Notes: generated by a model from the letters alone, not told the origin. Shown: positions 6,992 to 15,764, numbered from the stretch's first letter. The stretch: DNA of 55,195 nucleotides from a virus (IMGVR_UViG_3300037124_000033:1-55195); one strand, 5' to 3'. Program-made: numbers and translations.

Positions 6992-7228
6992 ATGGACAAG
7001 TACAGAGCCACTCGACAGATGACCCCAGCCGACAAAGCTGTTGCGCATCTGCTTCACAGAATCGCAACTGATGCAGACGCACGGTGGGCGATCGGCGCAG
7101 GTACTCAAGCGTTCCATTTGCTCTGCGTCGCTTACGCAGATCTAGTCGGAGTGGATGCTCAGCTCGTCGAGGCTGATCTGACCAGGATCGTGGTCGAGAC
7201 CGAGAAGGCGAAGCGATGCCAATCCTAA
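6992..7228 (+). CDS. Hypothetical protein
   Basis: Tightly packed ORF in the operon. Confidence 0.6.
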   Translation: MDKYRATRQMTPADKAVAHLLHRIATDADARWAIGAGTQAFHLLCVAYADLVGVDAQLVEADLTRIVVETEKAKRCQS

Positions 7229-7521
7229 CACCGGCCGCGCTTGTGCAAATCGAAACCATGGAGGAGCCGTGCGTCTGTCGGTGCGGAGCACTATTCGATT
7301 TGTCAGATGGAAATCCATGCCACAATACATCAGCCCATCTTGGTGATTCGAACGTGTTCTGTCCAGTCTGCGCAAGCAATACTGAATACGGATGGCTCTG
7401 TAACGATTGCTACAAACGTGCACGAGCCGCTGAGCACAACAAATGCCCACGATGTGGGGCGTTCATTTCTCCTATGAAGCCAGTTGACTTTTGTAAACGA
7501 TGCAGAAACCTTGGACGGTGA
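7216..7521 (+). CDS. Multi-CxxC zinc-binding protein
   Basis: Several CxxC pairs; overlaps the upstream stop. Confidence 0.6.
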   Translation: MPILTPAALVQIETMEEPCVCRCGALFDLSDGNPCHNTSAHLGDSNVFCPVCASNTEYGWLCNDCYKRARAAEHNKCPRCGAFISPMKPVDFCKRCRNLGR

Positions 7522-7525
7522 AGTG

Positions 7526-7912
7526 ATGTTCTACTGCGAAGAGTGCCGCGTTAGAAACGAATGGCCACATGCTTTTGGCCAAAGTTATGGTATGTGCGAA
7601 ATGTGCGACAAGACGGCGCTATGCTGGGATAGGCCGTCTTCAAGCTTACCAAAGCCCAAGCCAAAACGTCGCATCAAACTCAACAAAGGCGGGTGGTATC
7701 TGGTGTTCATCACCGAACATTCCCTGATGGGTAGATCTAGACTGTTTAGAAATCTACCATATGCCACAGTTCTCGGTTCAACAGGAGGACAAAATTGTGT
7801 GGATCACTTCAGCGATCTTTGCTTTGACTACGTGGAAACTCCTAACGGATGCAGTATAGCTGGCGAGAGCCTACTGTCAGAAGGCGGAAAAGGGAGTGAG
7901 GTGGTGAAGTGA
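7526..7912 (+). CDS. Hypothetical protein with N-terminal zinc ribbon
   Basis: MFYCEEC...CEMC. Confidence 0.6.
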   Translation: MFYCEECRVRNEWPHAFGQSYGMCEMCDKTALCWDRPSSSLPKPKPKRRIKLNKGGWYLVFITEHSLMGRSRLFRNLPYATVLGSTGGQNCVDHFSDLCFDYVETPNGCSIAGESLLSEGGKGSEVVK

Positions 7913-8442
7913 CATCCACAAGTAAGGCGGTTGGCATATGCGACCACACATCCATTGCTCGTGGCACCTACTCAAGTGAATGGGGCACCCCACCTTGGGT
8001 GCTGGACATATCAAAGCTGCTTTACGGGACGGTACATGTGGACTTGGCAAGTAGCGCGGAGGCGAATTTATATCATGTAAAGGCGCGTTGTTATTGGTCA
8101 GCAGACAACCCTTGCCCTTCCAAGCCTGATGTACCTGCAGGCCATACGATATGGTGTAATCCTCCCGGCCCTTGTACGTTGGTGAAGGAGTTTTGGCAGG
8201 CATGGCAATACTGCATAGCCGGTGGGGCGAAAGGGTCTTTCCTGATCTTTAAGCAGGATCACTGGAGACAGCTTCCAGCTCCCACGATGGATGTCACCGC
8301 GCTCGTGCTCAGGCGCCGCCTACGGTTTGTAGGCGCCAAAGGAGGGGCCAACTTCCCAAGCACGCTAATCCTATCTGGTAACCAGCTTGACAAACCGTGG
8401 CTGTACGAATACGGCCACTTGCTGCTGTGGAAAGGGATGTGA
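7909..8442 (+). CDS. Phage DNA N6-adenine methyltransferase (Dam-like, NPPG variant)
   Basis: EWGTP, VDLASS, WCNPPG, RRRLRFV..ANFPS. Confidence 0.8.
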   Translation: MTSTSKAVGICDHTSIARGTYSSEWGTPPWVLDISKLLYGTVHVDLASSAEANLYHVKARCYWSADNPCPSKPDVPAGHTIWCNPPGPCTLVKEFWQAWQYCIAGGAKGSFLIFKQDHWRQLPAPTMDVTALVLRRRLRFVGAKGGANFPSTLILSGNQLDKPWLYEYGHLLLWKGM

Positions 8443-8491
8443 TGGGGAGACTGCCTCTAAGTACTGCTAGCCACTCATAGTAGCTTCTTGA

Positions 8492-9514
8492 ATGCATGAC
8501 TCCATCGTCATCCTCCGCTGTAGGCCAAAACTCAGAGCTACCAAGATCCACAAGTGGGACAGACACAAATGGCAGACCGAGTCCTATAACGCTGGCAAAT
8601 ACTTCGCGGCTTACACAAGACGCATCGACGACATTCCACAGCTGGGACGATTGATTCATCGCGCCAGCCACGACCCACGCGCCATGGCTATCAGAGGTGC
8701 TCTTAGAGGCAAGCCAACGCAGGGCAAGACCGTCCGCCGACAATACCTGCCAGAGGATTCCGACATCGTCGATGTTGATCGGCGTTGGTTGACCGTCGAT
8801 CTCGACTCGGCTCCAGCCCCTCGGTGGATTGATCACCAGACCTTGCACAACGCCGTACGGTGGGCTGTGCTTACCTATTTGCCAAATTGCTTTTTCGGCG
8901 TGAGCTGCTATTACCGGTGGTCAGCATCCGCTGGAGTCAAGCCGTGGAATGAGCTACGCCTACAGCTATGGTATTGGGTAGACAGACCAGCCTGTAACAA
9001 ATCCCTCAGAGAGTGGCTACAGGATATTCCCCACGTGGATGTTAGCCTGTTCAATCCAGTCCAACCACACTACGTCGCCACGCCAGTCTTCGTCGGCGCC
9101 CCCGACCCCATAGGCAATCACCGCGATGGCATGCTACGAGGTCCACCGCATGTCGTCCTACCAAACTGCGTCGTCGACCTCGCCACCCATCGAGCTCGCA
9201 CCAAAGAGGCATTCAGACCGAAACCAGCAGTCCAGGGTGATCACCACACCGCATTCGTCCGCGGCTGTATTCGCAAAGCCATTCAAAACATCCACGATGC
9301 TTCGGAAGGATACCGACACATGACAGTCTTCGCCTCGGCCGCGTGGCTCGGTAAGCTCGTAGCCGGCGGGTTGCTCGACGAGGCAACCGCTGTATTCGAA
9401 ATCCAAAAAGCCATGGAAGCGAAGATGCCACCTGCACGTCACAAAAAAGAGATGCTTACAATCCGCGACGGGCTCGAGCGAGGAAAAAAGACACCATGCG
9501 ATTTTTTCGCTTGA
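8492..9514 (+). CDS. Primase-polymerase-like replication protein with helical C-terminal domain
   Basis: VDLD motif, WSASAG, DVSLFNPVQPHY; C-terminal GYRH..FASAAWLGKLVAGG resembles a PriCT domain. Confidence 0.6.
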   Translation: MHDSIVILRCRPKLRATKIHKWDRHKWQTESYNAGKYFAAYTRRIDDIPQLGRLIHRASHDPRAMAIRGALRGKPTQGKTVRRQYLPEDSDIVDVDRRWLTVDLDSAPAPRWIDHQTLHNAVRWAVLTYLPNCFFGVSCYYRWSASAGVKPWNELRLQLWYWVDRPACNKSLREWLQDIPHVDVSLFNPVQPHYVATPVFVGAPDPIGNHRDGMLRGPPHVVLPNCVVDLATHRARTKEAFRPKPAVQGDHHTAFVRGCIRKAIQNIHDASEGYRHMTVFASAAWLGKLVAGGLLDEATAVFEIQKAMEAKMPPARHKKEMLTIRDGLERGKKTPCDFFA

Positions 9515-9704
9515 CGGAGATAGCAGGCTATGGCAGACTTCTTGAGCGTGGTACAAACAGTGTGAAGAGAAAATCAAAGAGAAACTCGCAGCCGAAAGCA
9601 GGAGTCACACATGGTTGAGTGATAGTCAAGATTACATACATGTTGATTAACGGAGCCGACGTAAGTCGGGAAAAGGGTCGGGGTAAAACCTGGCCCTTTT
9701 TTTT
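9511..9704 (+). ncRNA. Candidate small-RNA unit A (promoter to intrinsic terminator)
   Basis: TTGACG-17-CAGACT at 9511-9539; terminator AAAAGGGTCGGGGTAAAACCTGGCCC-T8 at 9671-9704. Confidence 0.55.
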
Positions 9705-9706
9705 GC

Positions 9707-9813
9707 TTGACGGGGACACTAGGCTATGGCAGACTCTCAGAAGATCTCTGAACGTCTTACAGGTAGCTAAAAACTACCGGGAAAGGGTCGGGATAAACCT
9801 GGCCCTTTTTTTT
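9707..9813 (+). ncRNA. Candidate small-RNA unit B (near-copies of the same promoter and terminator)
   Basis: TTGACG-17-CAGACT at 9707-9735; terminator AAAGGGTCGGGATAAACCTGGCCC-T8 at 9782-9813. Confidence 0.55.
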
Positions 9814-9826
9814 GAAAGGACCACAA

Positions 9827-10054
9827 ATGAACAAATCCATCGAGCACATCCTGCAATTCTTCAAGTACGACCATCTACCAAAAGATCTGCGGCAGGTCTC
9901 TGCACCTGTCTGTGAGCTGGCAAATCAAGTCGTTAAGCATCTGGTGATTGAAGAAGGCATCTCAAACCCGGAGATTACTGTCGGCCTCAGAAAGCTGCTC
10001 GAAGCCAAAGACAGCTTTGTCCGAGCTCGACTTTGCGACAAAGAAATTGGCTAG
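9827..10054 (+). CDS. Small helical-hairpin phage protein
   Basis: ILQFFKYDHLP..LRQVSAP..GLRKLLEAKDSFVRA, a motif I recognise from other phages; AAGGA RBS. Confidence 0.8.
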   Translation: MNKSIEHILQFFKYDHLPKDLRQVSAPVCELANQVVKHLVIEEGISNPEITVGLRKLLEAKDSFVRARLCDKEIG

Positions 10055-10064
10055 CACTTCTCCA

Positions 10065-10093
10065 TTGACACCTTCCCCACCGTCTTGTAGAAT
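10065..10093 (+). promoter_or_regulatory. Near-consensus sigma70 promoter
   Basis: TTGACA-17-TAGAAT. Confidence 0.8.
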
Positions 10094-10202
10094 GGCTGGG
10101 TGAGAGTCAACAACCAATCATATACGAGTTTCCGCATCCTGGGCCGGTAGTCCCCCCCGACTCTCACAGCCGGCCTGGGGTGCGGAATGTCTGGAGGCCG
10201 AA

Positions 10203-10418
10203 GTGGCTGATGTCAAATTCGAACCGATCAATTTCACAGGGCTGACCATCCAAAGTGACAAAGATTCAGTGATACTCTCACAAGAGCACCCAGACAACGG
10301 ACAGCTCACCATCATCTCTATACCAATGCAGCTCGCCTACCAAGTCGGCTTGGCTGTCGCAAACTGTCCCTACGACCTCGAAATGAAATGTGAGAAGAAA
10401 TCTCGAAAAGACGAGTAA
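10203..10418 (+). CDS. Hypothetical protein
   Basis: GGAGG RBS, GTG start. Confidence 0.65.
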   Translation: MADVKFEPINFTGLTIQSDKDSVILSQEHPDNGQLTIISIPMQLAYQVGLAVANCPYDLEMKCEKKSRKDE

Positions 10419-10544
10419 CTAAGCGAAAAATATAGGTATTTCACTCCCTAGTCTCCCTGTCGGAAAAAACCCCCGACAATCATGGAAGTACAGCACAAAC
10501 CTAGAAAACACTTTAAGAAAGGTGAGTAAACCAAGGTAAAGACA

Positions 10545-10703
10545 ATGGAAAAGCAACAGCTGCACTATGAGAATCTAGCTGGTATGCTCATCCGCAGGGA
10601 GGCAAAGCTAAGCTGGTGGTGTCCAGCATGCCATAGAAAAGGCGAGAGCCGCATCGTGTTGAAGAAGTGCCCTATTTGCAAAGGGAAAGGACGAGCGAAA
10701 TGA
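10545..10703 (+). CDS. Small zinc-finger protein (52 aa)
   Basis: CPAC..CPICKGKG; ATGA overlap with the next gene. Confidence 0.55.
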   Translation: MEKQQLHYENLAGMLIRREAKLSWWCPACHRKGESRIVLKKCPICKGKGRAK

Positions 10704-11062
10704 AGAGCATCTATATCGCAGGGCCATTCAGGGGAGAGACGCCATGGGACGTCGAGACCAATATCCGCAATGCGGAGACCTTTGGTCTGTATGTAGCCCA
10801 ACTCAACGCCATCCCACGAATCCCCCATACCATGTACCGATTCTTTGACGGCTCGCTGCCGGACGATTTTTGGTTGGAAGCAGCCATGAGTCTGTTGCGG
10901 ACTTGCGACGCAATCTTGCTGATTCCTGGGTGGGGTCGCTCAAGCGGCTCCAAGGCTGAAAAGGCTGAGGCCGAGAGATTGGGCAAGAAGGTGCTGTACA
11001 GTGTGGCTGAGGTCGAGGAGTGGCTCGATAGCATGGTGGAAGATAGCGAGGCGGTGTGGTAG
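10700..11062 (+). CDS. DUF4406/nucleoside 2-deoxyribosyltransferase-like protein
   Basis: IYIAGPF, CDAILLIPGWGRSSGSKAE. Confidence 0.85.
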   Translation: MKSIYIAGPFRGETPWDVETNIRNAETFGLYVAQLNAIPRIPHTMYRFFDGSLPDDFWLEAAMSLLRTCDAILLIPGWGRSSGSKAEKAEAERLGKKVLYSVAEVEEWLDSMVEDSEAVW

Positions 11063-11082
11063 GATCGAGAAAGGAGGCAGAC

Positions 11083-11247
11083 ATGATTCCCAAACAACAA
11101 CTCCCCCTCGACGACAACCGGTGTACGACGTGCCGCTTCGAGCACCTGGACTTAGACAAGGATTACCCCTGTAGCGAGTGCTACGAGGAAAGCGGGTGGG
11201 AGCCGAAGGTGAAGCCCAACGAAGAGACCAAGGAGGACGACCAATGA
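11083..11247 (+). CDS. Small Cys-rich protein
   Basis: AGGAGG RBS; CTTC..PCSEC..W. Confidence 0.6.
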   Translation: MIPKQQLPLDDNRCTTCRFEHLDLDKDYPCSECYEESGWEPKVKPNEETKEDDQ

Positions 11248-11576
11248 GAGTCAAGAAGCGCTGGCGGGGTTTGCATCACCATCGCTTAAAAGAGCTCGAC
11301 GATGAAGACCCGCGTGGCATCGCCTTGGCAGTGCAACTCTGGAATCAGCATGTGCCAGTTGGTGGGCAAGTGGACTATATGGTCTTTCGGCCCTATGGGC
11401 ATTCGTCGTATGAATCGTCAGTGACACGAAGCCAGGCATTTGTTCTTGCCGGCAAAGCAATGATTCGCATCAAAGGCATCATGGGTCCAATCAGCTTAGA
11501 TCGAGTCAAGCCTTTAGACTATGGTGCCTTGCAGGTGTTCGATAGAATCCGCCTTGAATTGTGGAGGAGAGCCTAA
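11244..11576 (+). CDS. Hypothetical protein
   Basis: AGGAGG RBS; ATGA coupling. Confidence 0.65.
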   Translation: MRVKKRWRGLHHHRLKELDDEDPRGIALAVQLWNQHVPVGGQVDYMVFRPYGHSSYESSVTRSQAFVLAGKAMIRIKGIMGPISLDRVKPLDYGALQVFDRIRLELWRRA

Positions 11577-11578
11577 CC

Positions 11579-11914
11579 ATGTCTAAGCACACACCGGGTG
11601 ATTGGAAGTACGAACCACGTGGTGCTCAAGTCTACGCTGACAACCCCTATGGCAAAGATCGTATGCTTGTAGCCGATATCCGAGGTTGGGGGCACCTGAC
11701 TGGCACAGGATGTGGGGCATGCAAGATGAGCCGAGAGGAGGCAGAAGCTATTCAAGACGCCAACGGCCGCCTGCTAGCTGCTGCACCCATGATGCTGGAG
11801 CTATTGCGGGAAGTTGTCGCTACTGAGATTGAGCTCACTCCGACAGTTCGCTTCAAGGAATGGTACGCACTCTGCGAGAAGATCGATGACCTGTTGAAGG
11901 AGGTGACAGCATGA
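11579..11914 (+). CDS. Phage protein of the HTPG.W...ANARLIAAAP type
   Basis: MSKHTPGDW...DANGRLLAAAPMMLELL. Confidence 0.8.
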   Translation: MSKHTPGDWKYEPRGAQVYADNPYGKDRMLVADIRGWGHLTGTGCGACKMSREEAEAIQDANGRLLAAAPMMLELLREVVATEIELTPTVRFKEWYALCEKIDDLLKEVTA

Positions 11915-12408
11915 AACTGAGACAAACAACCTTAGATAAGGTTCCCGTGGGAGGGACCTTCTATGGGAAGGGATCGAAAGATAGATACACAAAAACAGGT
12001 CGTGTCACAATACGGCCAGAAGAAGGTCCTGGCAAAGGGGATATGTGGATCATGAAAGAAGACTCTACGGTTCTGGTCGAAGCGCCCAAGACGTCTGCCA
12101 CCGCCGCCCCTGTCAAAGAGCGGAAGCCGTGGCATGTATGTTATTTGTGCGAGCATGGTCCGGATTACGGGGTCCTGGAGGCATGCGACAGTACTCAACA
12201 AGAGAGAGACAGATTCAAACGGGAGCTCAACGAGGCCAGGTTGATGGTGTTGCGGTTAGTCGTCTCAATGTCTCGGGATGGCTGGGAGGAAGGAGAGAGC
12301 GAAGGGGAAGTCCTCAGCGCGGCCAGTGATAAACTCGCAAATTGGGGACTAGATTTAACTAACGACCGGGCGAAGTGCGAAGAGTTGCTCGGGTTCAAGT
12401 TTTGGTGA
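11911..12408 (+). CDS. Hypothetical protein
   Basis: GGAGG RBS; ATGA coupling. Confidence 0.7.
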   Translation: MKLRQTTLDKVPVGGTFYGKGSKDRYTKTGRVTIRPEEGPGKGDMWIMKEDSTVLVEAPKTSATAAPVKERKPWHVCYLCEHGPDYGVLEACDSTQQERDRFKRELNEARLMVLRLVVSMSRDGWEEGESEGEVLSAASDKLANWGLDLTNDRAKCEELLGFKFW

Positions 12409-12600
12409 GGAGGCAGTGATGGGCGGAATACATTTTGGACTTGGCATCATGCTCGGTTGGTATGTCACAAAGTATGGTCTTGATAACGGCTGGTCGCTAT
12501 CTGAACGACTAATATGCGTTTCGGTAATGGTGGTTGGCTACTGCCAAATCGGCCACGGTCTAGCCTACGTGGCTGCGTACCTTTTGCTTTGAGGTGGATT

Positions 12601-12789
12601 ATGCTAACGCTCTTGTTTAATGCTTTAGCTTTCTTGTCAGGTCTTGTATTTGGGTGGGGTATGGTGATTCGAGGAATAGAGAAAGCCTGGTCCTTTCCTA
12701 AGATTGTCTTGACTACTTTGGTATTGGGTTTTGCGATGGTCTGTGTTGGTATCTTAGTACCACCTTTAGTGTATTATCTTTTTCTGTGA
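12601..12789 (+). CDS. Small two-TM membrane protein
   Basis: GAGG RBS; two hydrophobic segments. Confidence 0.55.
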   Translation: MLTLLFNALAFLSGLVFGWGMVIRGIEKAWSFPKIVLTTLVLGFAMVCVGILVPPLVYYLFL

Positions 12790-12802
12790 TTGGGTGTGAG
12801 CG

Positions 12803-13003
12803 ATGAGCAAGTTCGTTTACTGGGTTCTCTACGACGCCAATGTGGATGCATACTTCTCTGAATATGGTCCGATTGGGCCGCGGTGCACGAAGAGGCTGAC
12901 CGACGCGGCTCGGTTCGGCAGCAAAGAAGCAGCGATGATTAGTCCAGCCTACAGGTACTGTCATCCGTTGATGGATTTCGAGCCAAAGGAGATCAAGCGG
13001 TGA
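12803..13003 (+). CDS. Hypothetical protein
   Basis: First of a series of coupled small ORFs. Confidence 0.6.
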   Translation: MSKFVYWVLYDANVDAYFSEYGPIGPRCTKRLTDAARFGSKEAAMISPAYRYCHPLMDFEPKEIKR

Positions 13004-13191
13004 CTGAACGTGAAGCTAAAAGACTTGCATGTTTTTGGGTGCGCGAGATGTTATGTAGTGACCAGCCCACGCATTTTATCTATGGTGGTGATGAATCTGG
13101 CTTAACAAGACATCATGATGACATAAGACGACTTGAAAACGCATTCGAAGAACTCGAACTTGAAATGACAAGAAGGAGCGGCGAGCGGTGA
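13000..13191 (+). CDS. Hypothetical protein
   Basis: GTGA coupling, AGGAG RBS. Confidence 0.6.
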   Translation: MTEREAKRLACFWVREMLCSDQPTHFIYGGDESGLTRHHDDIRRLENAFEELELEMTRRSGER

Positions 13192-13406
13192 ACCGCTGGG
13201 TAGCAAATACGAGGTCATTCATGCGATGCGAGAAGTGCGGCCGAGTAGAGCATCAACTATTCCGCGATCGACCGAAGGGACAGCGAGCGAAGTTCGTCTG
13301 CTACAGGTGTCTTGGTGCTGAGGCTCCGAAGCCGAGTGATGAGTTGCTCGAGCTGTCGGAGATAATCGAATCAGCTCTGGCCATCCCGAAGGAGGAGCTG
13401 CAATGA
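13188..13406 (+). CDS. Zinc-ribbon protein
   Basis: CEKC..CYRC; GTGA coupling. Confidence 0.6.
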   Translation: MNRWVANTRSFMRCEKCGRVEHQLFRDRPKGQRAKFVCYRCLGAEAPKPSDELLELSEIIESALAIPKEELQ

Positions 13407-13624
13407 AACGCTGGGTAGTCTATGCTACAGGAACTATCACTCTGGTGACGGTTGTCGAAGCTGATTCGGAGCAAGAGGCTCGAGCGCTGGCACTCGAGAG
13501 GTCTCCGACTGGGCTTGCGCATCAGGCAGAGCTGGAAAGCGAGGACAGCGCTTGGGTGACGACTGGCGAGCTTGATTGTGATGTGCAGGAAGAGAACATT
13601 GTGTCGGTTGAGGAGATGGAGTGA
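13403..13624 (+). CDS. Small acidic protein
   Basis: GGAGG RBS; VEADSEQEARALA. Confidence 0.65.
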   Translation: MKRWVVYATGTITLVTVVEADSEQEARALALERSPTGLAHQAELESEDSAWVTTGELDCDVQEENIVSVEEME

Positions 13625-13923
13625 TGAAACGACGACAACATGCAGTGCTGCTCACCGTACGACGGTGGGCTAGTGCAACGGCTTTGGACGAATTCGCGTT
13701 GGGGGCTTGTCCACTATGTTACATTTCCGGTGGAGATTGTGATGGATGTCCCTATGTGGAGGTCTTCGAAGAGCAGTGCGAGACGGGGATTTTGAACTCC
13801 ATACCACCACCCAAGATAGTCCTTCGCCGCGCAATGACCCTAGCTCGGCAATTCACCGTGGGCGACCAAGCGCTCGCCATCGTCAGAGAGGAGTTTGGAG
13901 CGCGGAGAAGACCTCAAGGCTGA
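13621..13923 (+). CDS. Cys-rich hypothetical protein
   Basis: CPLC..CDGCPY..C. Confidence 0.6.
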   Translation: MMKRRQHAVLLTVRRWASATALDEFALGACPLCYISGGDCDGCPYVEVFEEQCETGILNSIPPPKIVLRRAMTLARQFTVGDQALAIVREEFGARRRPQG

Positions 13924-13945
13924 GCGAGCCAAAGGAGTGATCTGA

Positions 13946-14635
13946 GTGAAAAAGAGCTGGCCTAGGACCGAGGTCGACCTGGCCCGCGTGGTCGTCACCT
14001 ACCTCAGAGAGAATCAATGGGACGTGTACCAAGAGGTAGAAGTTTTTGGCTGGGTAGCTGACATTGTCGCTGTCAATGGCCGAATGGTATGGGTTATCGA
14101 AACGAAACGTAGCCTCACCTTTGAGGTCATCCAGCAAGCTGAGCGCTGGGGCAGGTATGCACACTACGTGTCGATTGCTGTGCCAGAGGTCCGCCTGTCC
14201 GCCGGACGCGAATTTGCCTTTCGTGTCTGCAAGAAATTCGATGTAGGGGCACTGTCCGTCACCAGCCCTCTGAAATATCCGCCCAGCGGACATGTCAAGG
14301 AGAACGTGGTCTCACGTCTCAACCGTAGAGCCTTGGCCGACAGAATCCGTGACCGGCTCACCGATGCTCATCGTACATACGCCGAAGCCGGCAATGCTGA
14401 TGGACGACGGTGGACTCAGTTCAAACAGACGTGCGAGAGCATCCGTAAAGCTGTTGAGCATCAGCCAGGGATCACGATGAAGGAGCTCATCGACGGTATC
14501 ACTACTCACTACGCATCGACAGCGTCGGCCAAGAGCTCCATTGCGTATTGGGTGAAGCATGGCAAGATTGATGGTGTGCGATGCGAGCTCGATGGACGAC
14601 GGCTGAGATTGTTTCCGGCTCGGCGTGAAAGATAG
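13946..14635 (+). CDS. PD-(D/E)XK-fold (MmcB-like) protein with possible C-terminal wHTH
   Basis: VYQEV..ADIVAV..VIETKRSL..QQA. Confidence 0.65.
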   Translation: MKKSWPRTEVDLARVVVTYLRENQWDVYQEVEVFGWVADIVAVNGRMVWVIETKRSLTFEVIQQAERWGRYAHYVSIAVPEVRLSAGREFAFRVCKKFDVGALSVTSPLKYPPSGHVKENVVSRLNRRALADRIRDRLTDAHRTYAEAGNADGRRWTQFKQTCESIRKAVEHQPGITMKELIDGITTHYASTASAKSSIAYWVKHGKIDGVRCELDGRRLRLFPARRER

Positions 14636-14637
14636 CG

Positions 14638-15030
14638 ATGGCACAAGACTACGTCAGGCGCCGAGCTCAGAAATCTTGGAGACGGAGGCGTGGTAGTATT
14701 GGGGGGTCTGCCAGCGCGGTTCGGCAGCTCAAGGATATGTCAGATGCTGAGATCAAGGCTCTCGAGTTAGAGCATGGCTGTAAGGTCAAACGCCCATCAG
14801 ATACCGCCGTTACGAAGTGCAAGAGCTGCTCAGCACCGATCGTGTGGACCCGCACTGAGAAGGGCAAAAGGCTGCCATGCGACCTTGAGCCGGCGGCCGA
14901 CGGGTTGTTTTTTCTGTTTCGCCGAGCCGCTTTCATTGAGGCAATCTACGTCAACAGCTCGCACCACTCGGCGGCTAAGGCTCGGACCCTGGGACAGAAG
15001 CGGTATCGACCGCATCGCTGTAAATCATAA
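14638..15030 (+). CDS. Zinc-finger phage protein
   Basis: CKSCSAPIVW..GKRLPCD...H.C. Confidence 0.7.
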   Translation: MAQDYVRRRAQKSWRRRRGSIGGSASAVRQLKDMSDAEIKALELEHGCKVKRPSDTAVTKCKSCSAPIVWTRTEKGKRLPCDLEPAADGLFFLFRRAAFIEAIYVNSSHHSAAKARTLGQKRYRPHRCKS

Positions 15031-15184
15031 TAATATCAGCTAGTTGACATTATTACAAATTTTGTCAGGATGTCAGACTGGATATACTTAATATATTTGA
15101 ATGGCTACTAAAACGTTTTAATGATATACTCAATACACGCCGCATCGCTTGTAACTATACGTAATCTCTACGTGAAAGAAAAGT

Positions 15185-15213
15185 TTGACTTTTTCTGTGA
15201 AAAATGGTAAAAT
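15185..15213 (+). promoter_or_regulatory. Sigma70-type promoter reading into a long non-coding region
   Basis: TTGACT-17-TAAAAT with TG extension. Confidence 0.7.
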
Positions 15214-15560
15214 CGAGCCAAGTTTTGAGAGATGCAACATGTTGATCTCTAAGGCTTTCTACCCCCCCTGCATCTGTGATATCCCTTTACCACTTGTCCT
15301 GTCCCAGAGACAAGAAGAGGATAGACACAGACCCTCAGTCTAAGACAAGGGAAATACGGCCGTTTTAGACACTCTGACATGGCTGGGTAGACAACGGGCC
15401 ACCTGTCGCCCATGTGCGACTCGTAGATGGTGGCGTAGACCCCCACCAATGACCCGTGTGGTCGGTCCATAGACTGACTCACGGGTAAGCGACTCACGTG
15501 GTGGTGCGTTTTGTTTTGCGAGAGGTGTGCCCTGAGCCCGTTGTTAGACTACACTAAATC

Positions 15561-15578
15561 TGTTAGACGCGTCTAACA
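15561..15578. repeat. Perfect 18-bp palindrome TGTTAGACGCGTCTAACA
   Basis: Read directly; extra half-site TGTTAGAC at 15542-15549. Confidence 0.85.
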
Positions 15579-15669
15579 ACCAGTCTTGTATTCCCGCCCC
15601 CATTGGGGGATTTTTCCGAATCTTGCATCTCCTGGGCGATCTGAGCAACACCTACATCCACCTACACGT

Positions 15670-15764
15670 AGAATAAAATCGACACTCTGCTGTAGATTTT
15701 TCTTGCACACCCGGGCCCAATCGACGATACTAGGATCATGACACAAACACAGGAGACGACGATG
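15670..15764 (+). promoter_or_regulatory. Promoter/leader repeat, copy 1
   Basis: AGAATAAAATC..GTAGATTTTTCTTGCAC-17-GATACT-AGGATC-ATGACACAAACACAGGAGAC; near-identical copy on the minus strand at 52455-52552. Confidence 0.85.

Noticed and set aside
9619-9915. 98-aa ORF across the duplicated promoter/terminator block
   Set aside because: It runs through two U-tract terminators, has no SD and overlaps the better-supported 9827 gene.
15561-15578. Protelomerase (telRL) site
   Set aside because: The palindrome is short and no protelomerase gene is evident.
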